In this document: positions 37,201 to 48,400 of the stretch, piece after piece
Numbering within the stretch: the first letter of the stretch is position 1
Layout of the letters: every line of letters starts with the position of its first letter
Source: Catajapyx aquilonaris
Taxonomy: Eukaryota
NCBI GenBank assembly: GCA_000934665.2
Contig: KZ538140.1
Location: forward strand, 62,001 to 126,000
Direction of reading: 5' to 3'
DNA length: 64,000 bases
Program-made: the position numbers and the translations under genes
The notes under the pieces: model-generated
Told to the model about the DNA's origin: nothing
Seen by the model: the letters and a program-made list of their open reading frames with translations, nothing else
Databases searched by the model: none

Positions 37201-40200
37201 ATGGAGGTGTTTTACAGGTGGGTTTTAGAGAGGGTAAGATCGATAGAAGAAGTGCAGGGGGGACAGTGTGGCAACGTTGGTCCAAGGAGAGACATCTAGG
37301 GTCACGGGAAGGTAGCTGGTACTCAAATTACTTGGTACATGACATATGAGGCCACAATTGCTAGGTGCAAGTGAGCATGGACACAAGGTACACACGTACG
37401 ACGTCACGCACTATCACTGTCCTTGCATCAGTATGTTGCTAAATGAGCAGGTGTTCAAATGTAATTTTCGACAACAATTCCATAATTCATCAACTGTGAC
37501 TCAGCTGTGCAAACCGATGCACAGCCTGCAAGTCGATTATTACCTCACTTCAGCCCTTATCGTATTGTTGTAATTGAAAACCCAAGGCAAATGTGGCGTC
37601 TCAGCCTCACTCCAGAATCTTGCTATACTGTTATCCTTTCAGTAATATCGTGTATCCTCGAGGGGGAAGGAAGAACAAAATTCGCCACCGTCTCTGCTCT
37701 AAAATTCTCTTTAGGGCTGCCGGATTTGAGTGCGTGTTATTGTCTTACTCCAGCCCTTGTTGTTAGATGTATGCGTAACGTAAATCTCAAGAGAACAAGA
37801 ATCGATCATATCCGCGAGCTTCAGACGCACGCGAATTATTCCAGTAATCTTCAGCGAGTGCTTTTTTTTGGTGGTGACGTCAAAGCAATTTTAATCTGAA
37901 TTCCTATTAGTATGATGACATTTTTTTTTCTATGTTCCAGACTCGGTCTGCACGACTCGAAGCTGCTTTTTTTCACCGGTAAGTCTTTTATCTTATCCCT
38001 CGCGCCGTGCACAATATAGATCAGCGGTGAATTGATGGATTGCTCTTCACTGTAGGGCCCTATCTTCTCCATGAAAAACCAGTATTAGGTCGAACCATCG
38101 ACAGGACAATATGGGCTCATATGAATGTTTCATAGTTACAAGAAACTCCAACAAAAATGTTTCGCCAACTAGTCCTGGCACAAAAAAATTGCGAAATGAT
38201 GTCAGATTATAAACACATTTTTATCACCTGTTTTCCCACCACGTCCCCAGAGGGTGATGGAAAGCTAGTTGCCAAAGCGTGAAAATACGCAGCCAATTTG
38301 ATGGGCGCTCGCGTTTCAATCATTGGGTTGGCTGCATGGACTACATATTGGGGAAGTCGATCAGACTTGCAACGGTTGATTGCATCCCGGGACAACAACA
38401 AAAAAAATTATTACATATTTTTTGCAAAAAAATTTATAGGGATGAAACAATTTGACGCGTCGGTAGTTGTAGCTACAATGACCCAGCTTAGGGTTCTGCA
38501 CGAGCTATGCAAATAAGGGCACCCAATTAATAGGCTTAGTTGATTTTGTCAACGTCCCGCGGCTTGTTTAATTGGTTAACGAGTGTAGTTCACTAGGAAA
38601 TTATTTTTCACTCATTACCTCCCTCTCCGGAAGTGGATTAAAAATCAAACAGCATTTGATCCGCCCCGCCTGTGGGCGATACATTCGATGAAATTTTCAT
38701 ACCGTGGTCACCATAGAGTTTGGTTCGGGGGAAAAAAAAACTAAACCTGACTATAGAGGGACCCTCCGTAATTGTAGCTTCTAAACCCTCGGAATTGCCT
38801 TTTGTTCTGTTGAGCTTGCTGAGCGTTGACGAATATTAATGGAAACCTCCCCGCCGGGCTTGTTCCAGCAGAACAATTTCTTAATATGCTCCTCCAGGAC
38901 TTCATTTCCGGGGCGAAAAATTTGCAATATTTTTGCTCCACCCAGCTCCACCCTCCCTCTGGTGGCAATTCCATTTTCTGAGACAAACATCAATTAAAAG
39001 GGAAGTTGCAAGAGTGTAGCAGGCAACGTTGGCAAACAAGCCAGTAATGGGAATAGTCAAAATTTAGAGGCCTTTGATTTTCAACCTAACTAGTTGTTGA
39101 AGAACGTGGTTTTGCAAGGATTTTTTTAAAATACTTTTATTAGTTTTATATCTTCATAAATGTTTTTTGATGATCAGTGCAGAAAAAGTGAGTAAGATGT
39201 GGATTTTGAGAAAGTGTACTTATTGGTTGAAGGGAAAGGGTTTTGGAAATGGAAATTAGTTCTTTCGGGACATCGAACTTGGGAATGATGTAAAAAGAAT
39301 GGGGTGAAAGTTTCAGGCCTAATCGGAAATTTAAGTGCGAGAAGCAGGAAATTGCAAAATCGATTATCTCGTTGCGGAATGATTCGCGAGAGCATTTCAT
39401 GAGAAGGAGGTAACTATATATCCTTGCGAGCAAGGACATTGGCTGTTTACCTGCTTGCGTTGACAGGGAAAAAAGTTTGATGACAAAGGATCAATGTTCA
39501 ATTTTGTCGGGGAGCTTCACATCCCGGTTCGCAAAAATATGTGACAAGGACAGATGCGGCGTAATACGTGGTCGGCAGTTGGATGCACACTACATTTATC
39601 CTGTTTTAGATGCCTTTGTCACGCCTACCGCCTGCGTGAAGCCCCCTATCTTAATATTCCACCTGGCACCCTTATGAGAGGCAAACAAGCCTCCATATGG
39701 CACTTGAAAGAGATAAAACCAGCTTTTGATACTGTACTCATAAAAGACAATTTGTAAAATAAAATGCAGAATAGTGCTTGCTGGCTCATAATTTATCGTA
39801 AGACCAGTCGATAGAGCGGGAAATTGGCAAATTTATTTAGCTGCCATAAATGCACCTGCTGAAAGTGCAGAAAACTGAGAATTAATTTCAAGCTATTATG
39901 CGTAAAGTATGCGGTCCGGAAAGCTTTGCGTGAGTTTTATTAATCTGCTCATTGTATCTAAGTTAGAAGCGTGTTATTACGCCACGATTAGTACGATTAT
40001 CCGACTTAATCTACACGTGAATTTGACTCTGTGAACTTAGAAGTAATAACAGTACAAGAGGCAAGTCTGCACATGTTTATTACCTGCATGCCGAGCATGC
40101 GCTTCATGTACATAGTTGTATTACATGTTTTTTTTTGCACGGAATACCTGCCACCTGGTGTAACAAAAATATATCCGGGCACCTACATAACACATATTAG

Positions 40201-41648
40201 CCCTGATCTCGTGACCTTATCTACAGCTCGACAGCACGAAGCTTTTCAGACTTTTAAAACAACATGACCTTATCACCAGGTAGACGCACCTGTCGCCTTT
40301 CATCTGACTTGAACAACTTGGTCGTTCTGGTGGCGACTTTTTTCAGTGGAAAACTCCAAGTGTATGCAAATGCTTCAGTGCAAAGCCAAGGTCCCTGGTT
40401 GCACTCTGAAATATGACTGATCATTAACATTCAAAGCGAAGGCCAACTTGGGAGTCTCTTTTGTTTGTGTTAAGTCGCCGAATTTGCATGGCAATAGGCT
40501 ATTAGGTTCCCTCGGCTGAGGATTAAAGGCCGAATCCTTCTTCGAAGCGGAAAGGCAGGGACTTAGATCGACAATACTGCGGCACAAATTTCGACTTGTG
40601 TGTGGTGAAGATAGGGTGTGATGACGTCAGAAGTGGAAACAGATTGGACACTGGTGTTGACATTAGCTTGCTGATAAATTGTGTACAGAGTTATAGAAAT
40701 TACTAACCAAAAATATAGTGTTAGCCGCTGACCAAACGACGCCCTATTTTTGGCAAATAGAGAGAAAAAAATGTGGACGCAAACATGGTTTATTTCTGAT
40801 GCGAAAATTTGCTGATGTTCAACAAGGGAGTTGGAAATCACCTAGGAAACGCTGGGTTCTATAGGGGGACAGGGTGACATCCCCAGAGCGGGAAGCGACC
40901 CCTGATGGATGCTAAACTCGGCTGCAAATTACTCCATCAGTGAGCTGAAAAGGCAGAAAACAAGGCGATATTAGATCTGGAAGCTCTTCCGGTTCGACTT
41001 GGTGGGGGATGGCCTAGAAATTAAGCGCCATCTCTCAGAAGGAGAGAGAAAACATCTGTGCAAATATAAAATGCCGGTTGAGAAAATTGCACATTAAAAA
41101 AAAACTTCAGCACTTGCAGAACATCAACCACATAAACTGTAAATAAAGCATGTAATTTTCTTGAAATTGGAGCCGGTTTTTCCTATTCAACATGGAAAAT
41201 GACTTTACAACAAGTAGCCTAATAAAAAAGCAGAAGTGTTTGCACTTTAACGGCTTAATAAAGTCCTACGGACTCTTTGACCTTATTTTTGCACTAACCT
41301 AATGTACAGTACCGTACTTAAAGTGTTAATGTATTGCAGCACTGAAAAATAAAGAAGCCCACTAAGAGCATTATTACTTTTGGTGAAATCACGTTAATAA
41401 TAAAGCTCTCTGAAGGTAATAAGTTAATACACTTTCCGCACCACAGTGCATTATTAAACTAAAAATACTTACATGATATTGTAGTAGGCCGAAATATCAG
41501 GGAAGAAATTAGACATCATAGTGAAAACTCTACATAATTATGCTAAAATAGGGTACTTACAAGGACTTGAAACTTGTGGTAGACACAGGATGAAAAATTA
41601 TTCACAATTTTAAATTACTGTATCAGTATGTTTACTCATAATTTGTTT

Positions 41649-41718
41649 TAATTTATACACCTATATACAATTCACGATATACACCTAATTTATACACCTA
41701 TATACAATTCACGATATA
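41649..41718. repeat. Direct tandem duplication, 37-bp period
   Basis: TAATTTATACACCTATATACAATTCACGATATA occurs identically at 41649-41681 and 41686-41718. Confidence 0.92.
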
Positions 41719-42155
41719 TTTGCATGCACCTGTAAATATTTCTTTCTGGATTTAAAATTTCCAGACCTTTTTTCACCCTCTAAAATTGCCTGTCCGCAAG
41801 AAAGGCACAACTGTTTCAGACAAGAAGTAGAGGGTGAATAAAAGCAGCTTTACTTTTTTTTCCCCTCCTTCTCCTCCCTTCCCCTCTCTTCCGGCCATCT
41901 CCCCCTTCCAGTTTCCAAGCAGTCCACTCTGAGAGGACCCGAGCAATTTATGGCGATTCGTCGTCGGCAACCAACGAAAAGAAGTTAGCATCATTTGGGA
42001 ATAGAGCCCGCATTCCTCTTTTCGCGCCCAGACATCGCTAATTTGAGTGTGAAAAATGAATGTCCAGGCCCGTGGCAGTTGTTGTACATTTATCACAATA
42101 GGCCCGGAGTAATCTTCCCTCGGCTAGCAGCCACAGAAGGAAAGGAAAAAGGGGA

Positions 42156-42234
42156 GGTTAGGAGGAAAAAGAGGGAGGGTTAGGAGGGAGGGTTAGGAGG
42201 AAAAGAGGGAGAGAGAGAGAGAGAGAGAGAGAGA
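42156..42234. repeat. Purine-rich tract: duplicated GGTTAGGAGGAAAA(A)GAGGGA followed by (GA)13
   Basis: Copies at 42156-42176 and 42191-42210; (GA)n at 42209-42234. Confidence 0.85.
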
Positions 42235-42846
42235 CGAGGGGAAGGTTGTCAGGGGCTGCATGGTGGAGGTATTGACGAAAAGCGTGATAAATTAGAGTAA
42301 GAACTTTTGCCCAAGTTTCTTGCGCTCCTTTTGACATCACCCGTGGAGAGTTTGGAGGGGGAGGAGGTATAGGCTAGGAGAGGGCGGGGGAGGTGTCTTG
42401 CAGAGCTGTCTCGGTAAACTTGTACAATGGGATTCGCAGGAAATTCGCGCTGTTACACTGTCTCTGGCCCGATGGGGAAGGAGAAAACTTGTCGTAGGGC
42501 AAGTTTGGAAGCCCCCCTCCCCCTCCCCTCGCTGCTCCACCTCGTTCGCACCCTCTCCAAACTGGAATTTCCCGATACAAGTCGGGGGAGAAGCGTTGCG
42601 ATAAAAGTACGGGAGTCGAGCGGAATCAAACTTATAAAGTGCTGAAATAACGAAGAAGAATACAAAGTGCTGTAACTCTGGAAAGTTACAAAAAAGAAGG
42701 GCTTTAGGGGAGTATGGAAGAAAGAGATTTTGGAAATTTATTAGTAGCTAATAAGTAATAACACTGAGTCTGTCTCCTATCCCAAAGACCTATCCAACTT
42801 GAGTGGCCGCCAGCATAGCTCTTGGGGTCGCGGGAGAAACGCAAGC

Positions 42847-42857
42847 NNNNNNNNNNN
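42847..42857. other. Assembly gap (11 N)
   Basis: Run of N abutting a poly-C run. Confidence 0.98.
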
Positions 42858-43894
42858 CCCCCCCCCCCCCACCGTCAAGGTAGAGACACCTTCTGGGGGT
42901 AAGGTTATGTTCATGCATTCCATCGCACAACAATTACACAAGACAATGACTTACAATTTGAGTTAATCACTGTCTATGCAAGACATCTTGCATCGAAGTT
43001 AAGACACAGCAAGTACCGTCTCTGGCTGAGAGAAGAAAGAAAAATCTTGAAAATCCCTTAAGTTTTGCTGAGATTAGAATTATGGAAGTTTTGCTTCATT
43101 AACACAGTAATTATCGATTCGGCGTATTTATTCTCCCTGATTACCACGTTGGACGTGCGCCTTTCCCCAAATTGGTGCTCCAAGTGCAGGTTTTCTTGGG
43201 CGGAAAGTTTTGGGGGCGCTGACGACACGAAGCTTTCTCCTCCCTCCCCTTCTTCTTGAAGCCTACCTCCTCCCTCATTTGGCGGAATTTGAATCACCAA
43301 AGCCATCGGAAAACGGACGCTTTTCCATTGCCAGTCCTATTAAAGGCCAAATTAAGCCCAAGTTTGCTACGAGTTTCCACGGTTAATTAATAAGAATTAT
43401 TCAGGAATGTTGAGATCACTCGGGCTGCCTTCCCGGCTTGCCGCCTTACAAAAGCCGCCGATCGATTATGTTACGGGTCTTTTCGGCACTCTAGGCAAAA
43501 ACTTACACCAGAAACTTAAGCCCCAGGAGTTGGGGAAGATGGAGGCTCAACTACCCCCCCCCNCCCCCCCCCCCCCGGTATAATGCGAGGGAAGATTTCT
43601 TTATTTCACGGCTAGAAATAGTCCGAATCGCAATGGGCTTGCCCAGCTGCATCCGATGGAATTCGCGTTGTAACCAGTTTACATTTTGATGGCATGATTT
43701 TTGGACATTCTCGGCGGTTATTAATGAATATCCGGACATCAATGTTATTAATTATAATTATTTCAGAGCGGCAATCAAGCATTTGCGATATAACCATATA
43801 TAATAATAGCTAAACAATGGGGCACATAGATGGACGTAAACTGTTGTTGTCCATTGTACAATATTAATGAAATATATTTTTCGGCATTTATTTC

Positions 43895-44089
43895 AATTAT
43901 TTCTATGAAATGAATTATTATTTGAATTATTTCTGTGAAATCAACGATTTCTGTGAAATAAATTATTTGAATTATTTCTGTGAAATCAACGATTTCTGTG
44001 AAATAAATTATTTGAATTATTTCTGTGAAATCAATTATTTCTGTGAAATATATTATTTGAATTATTTCTATTTTTGGAATTATTTCTAC
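43895..44089. repeat. AT-rich minisatellite, 45-bp unit built from 18/9-bp subunits (~3 full copies plus partial copies)
   Basis: TTTGAATTATTTCTGTGAAATCAACGATTTCTGTGAAATAAATTA is identical at 43921-43965 and 43966-44010, near-identical at 44011-44055, with degenerate flanks. Confidence 0.95.
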
Positions 44090-45346
44090 TGGCTGTGCTA
44101 CTCACACAAATTGTTTAAAAATATTGCATTGTTCGTTAAAGACACTAGGACAAAATCTGCTTTGTGTTCGAATAATTATATTTATTTTCGTGTTGCCTTG
44201 GAAGAGTTTCATCCTGGAAAGTAGGTAACCAAGGTGCCTCTCTTGCACTGCAGCAATGCGTGATGTAAAGGGGCCAAACAACGTCGAGGTCGAAAGGTCG
44301 TTGGCCAGGCAAACCCCCCCCCCCCCCCCCAGCTGTCCCATCCGTCAAGTCAGTCAGTCGGTCCAGAGGCAGTCGTACATCCTCCGCGTATATTTATTTT
44401 AATGCGCGTAATTCGCTCCGTTCCCTGGTTGATGATCCCCTTCAAACCGTCCCTAGTTCCCGCTTAGAATCCGGACCCCCGCAAACTCCGGGAAGGTAAT
44501 TCACTATACCCTCTCTCCGTATCCAAAATATTTATCCCGCTCCTTTTTTTTTTAACAACCCCCTGATTTTACCTGCGACCATCCAATTGCAGCTAGTTTT
44601 CCTGGACAAGGACTCGTCTCCCCGGATATTTTTCGGGGTCCTATCCCAAGGCTCCAGGCAGGGGAAGTAAGAGCCAGTTATCCGCCTTCCATTCCGAGGC
44701 TAAAGAGCCCGTAATTGGTCAATAAAGCGGATCGGAATAGGCATTTGCAGAGGCAGCAGACGCAAGCGATTAATCAATGGGAGTGTCACGGGGATTTTCA
44801 ATGGCTGCCTTTACTTTCTAATTATTTCTATGATTCTTCCACCCTCCCTCCCCCCCTCCCCCCCTCCCTCCCCCCTCCCTTACCAACACTAGCTTTGTTT
44901 GTTCAGTGATAGACGAGCGGCAAGTCCCCAATGTGGATGCAGCTCCGAGGCCTTGTTGTAGAGATAATTGGACTATTATTGTGTTCCCTAGGAGAAGGGA
45001 AGGCTTCTCCCCCCCCCTCCCCCCGCAAGATAGACACGCTTGTGTTTTGATAACGGAAGGGAGGGGGGGGGGGGTATCCATGGTGAGTTTGTAGCTCTCC
45101 TTGCGAGGTCAGTATCCTGGGCGAGGTAATCTCACACCGGTGCTAGGACTGGTTTGTTTCGAAGTGAGGACCCCGGAAATGGCCTGGAGGGTAAGGGTGA
45201 GAGGCGCCTCATTAAGGGTGTTTTACGTGCGAGTTATTGGTGGAATTAAGTGGGCAAGGTGTTCTTGCAATAAGAGACACGTCCAGTTGCATGTTGGTGT
45301 GAAGGGGTGAAGGGGAGACCCCGTACTTTTACCTACTATCCTAGGC

Positions 45347-45394
45347 GTGTATCCGCTGAAGGATGGGGTGTATCCGCTGAATGATAGTGTATCC
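45347..45394. repeat. Short direct repeats GTGTATCCGCTGAA x2 plus a partial third
   Basis: Copies at 45347-45360 and 45368-45381; partial GTGTATCC at 45387-45394. Confidence 0.85.
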
Positions 45395-45434
45395 ACCAGG
45401 AAGGAAGGTTAGATCATGGGGTAGGTTGGTCTGT

Positions 45435-45460
45435 CACATTCGGTCTCCCATTACGAAAGT
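45435..45460 (+). repeat. Dispersed 26-nt motif, copy 2
   Basis: CACATTCGGTCTCCCATTACGAAAGT, 25/26 identical to 12984-13009. Confidence 0.75.
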
Positions 45461-48400
45461 GCTTCCGAAAGTACCATGAAATCTACCAAAATTATTGCTT
45501 AAAGATTGTTTAGGTAAGATTTAACCTTTAAGAAAACTGTTGCTGGTGTTCAATCGCATCTCAAGTGATTTTTATCGCCTTCCCCAGCTTGTTGGGGGAA
45601 AAGTCACACATAGTGACAGCTGACTTCCCTCCTGGGAGGAAATTGGCCTCCTGCGAGGGCATCCACGTGAGAAAGTTTAATTGGCCCGCCTCTCCCACTC
45701 CCCAATTTGTAGAGCTTTCAGGCTGAACTATACACACTGCAGCCAGTGACAAGAGGAAAAGGGCCTGCCTGCCTGCCTTGCCAGCCTACCCACCCATCCT
45801 CCTCTCATCACCGTGGGTATAGTAGAGAGACTCACACCCACACACATGAGGTGGCCTACACTTCATTTCACGCTTGACGACTTAAATGAATTACCGCAAC
45901 CTTAGCAACAATGATGGGCCGTGCCTTCCAGTGCCGTTCCTTTGCCAATTACAATCACTTTATGGCGGCAGGGGACAAAAGGCGGGGTCCTTCCACCACC
46001 CTTCCACCTCCCTCTTCCAAAGTTGCTCTTTCTCTATCTCCCCCCTTTTCTCCCAGGAACACTCCCCTTCCTATACCCATCGTCTCTAAGCTAATTAGAC
46101 TGCCAGACTTGCGAATGACTTAATGCTCGACATTCACTTAGGATGGGTGGCCACACGGAACCATAGTTGCAAGAGGTCAGATTTTTACGCCTCTGATTTT
46201 AAGGGCTGGGTTCAAAAGTGTCGCAAGTTGGGTGGCAAATGCACCAGGGTGTGTAATAATATGCATTTCAGTGCACGGTGTTATGCAGAAGCATTATTTA
46301 AGGTTTGTAGAGGTAGTTAAATCACATCATTGTCGCAATTTCTTGCCCATTATATAGCGACGCATTATTTTTGTCCGAACAAGGTTTAGGACACACCTTG
46401 GAACATACCCAACATTGTTAAAAAATTGCAATTTGATATCAAACTATCGTCAGTATGGACCAGACTAAATATCTAGTTACGGTTGTATTGTTCGGGTTGG
46501 TAGAGCAATAACATGTCCGAAAAAAAAGAAGAAAAAAAGATGGACGATGGCGGTGGGGACAGCCAAGAGCAGCACTTGTGGAGGCTTCCCCCCGCCGAAA
46601 AAGCACTTAGACGTCGGTATGAAGCGGTTGCAAGGGCCTGTCAAGGGGTTGGCTTCCATGATGCATTGCGCCCGGCTCCCGCCCTCCACACTTTTATTGC
46701 CAAATTGTTGCCAACGCCTCCCATCTTGTGGATTCAAATGCAGGTCTGCTGAATTTATGTTGTCTGAGAGAAGCAGGACTCGGATGGGTTTGAATTCTGC
46801 TTTCTTTTCGGTTGTTACAAGTTTAGTAATGCACCACAGGGTACAGGGTGGTGCTGTTATACCAAATGGACTGAACACATTAAAAATAATCAGCAGGTGT
46901 TTCTCCCTTAACTGACTGTTGAATAGTAAATGTTCATCGCATTTTCTCTTGAAATGTGTCCTCGCCTAGTTTCCCAAGCTTGTACTATTTGGGACTGCAG
47001 ACTCGTCACAAAAACATCCGGATAAGTCGTGAATGACTAGGAATCATGCAGCGTTGCAATGGCCGTTTCCCCGGAGCTTTCCCTCAGTCCTAATCAGATT
47101 AGCGAGATGATTAACTCCGACTCTGGCTACAACGCAGGGTTTTTTTTTGTACCCGTGTCCCTTACCAGGAAACTGGATTTATTGTCAACCGGTGTAAGGA
47201 AGTAAAATGCAATTTGTTGGCCGAAGGAAAGGGAAGGTATATAGCAGGGGAAGGGGGAGGGGGCAAAGGAATACACACAAATTGACTTACAACCTAATAT
47301 GGAGGTCACGAACGTCAGGAGGCTGCGGTTTTCTACTAAGAGACTAAACTTATCCAATTAAAACAACAAGGGTCACTCTTTAAATGGATTACTTCGAATC
47401 GATCATCCTCCCCTTTTCCCCCTGGTTCCAACCATGTCGAGATTAATTTGAGCTTACACGCCAAGTTTTGTTAGCGTTTTTTTTTTGTAAAAGCCCGGTC
47501 CATATTAACATAAATAATGTTAGTGGAGATAACCGCGCCAGTAGGTCGTTAAGCCAAAAAAATTCAATTTATTATTATACTTAAATAAGTGGAAGAACAT
47601 TTTCGTTTACAAAATGAAAAAAGTAGTACCAATTTCCAACACATAAAATGCAAGTCGGCATATGCGCCATTTTGAGTCCCACGTACAAATGAAGAAAATT
47701 CGAGGCATCCAGGTCAATGGTTGATTTCACAGAGAAGGTGGGAGAGAAGAAACAGCGCAATATCGTGGAAGTGTTCTACGTGCCTGCTAGTCATATCTGC
47801 ACACTGCTGAACTTAGAAAGGCGAGATCGAAAACTCAGTATTGACCATTTCTGACGGAAGGCTCTTTTTTGGGTTCCGGAGATGCTCTTTGGAAGGAAGT
47901 CTCCGCCACGGATACGGCAAAGTTGAAATTCCTTTTTGCCTTTTATCACTTCTCATCTCATGGGAGGGGTCGAGAGTTTGCTGGCAGGTTTGAGAGAAAA
48001 GGAAAGATAGTAGGGGAGTGAGGGGAGGGAAAAGGGAGAAAAGGGGGGGGAGATGGGGAGGGATGCAAAGTACTCCGAAGTCTACAGAAGATCGAAGACG
48101 AGCAGAATGCAAACTCCGCTGTTCATTCTCCGCTTCCCCAGGCCTTAAGCCTCCAATTTTAGACAATGGAATTAAATCGACTCGTACTAAAAATCACAAT
48201 ATTTCTTTGAAATTCTAATTGCTCATTTCCTAAAGTAGCATAATGCTGTCTTATCAAAACCAGTATTCATTGCCTGTCTTACCTGGCCCGCAAGTGAAGA
48301 GTGAAACGTCGTTTGAAATAATGCCAGGTATACGTGTTTCTGATGCTTCTGAAAATTTACAATACCGCAAGTGCTTAAAGCTATTTGAATGTCATTTGGT

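Noticed and set aside
43921..44055. Repeat arrays considered as CRISPR-like
   Set aside because: Head-to-tail repeats without unique spacers, in eukaryote-like DNA with no cas genes.
45666..45698. Possible paired Su(H)/CSL site (CGTGAGAA ... CTCCCAC)
   Set aside because: The second half-site is mismatched and the spacing (18 nt) is outside the usual 15-17.
46368..46381. TTTTTGTCCGAACA identical to 14 nt of the MITE TIR; also a lone TACAGGGTGATT near 6796
   Set aside because: No extendable homology or partner terminus; compatible with chance.
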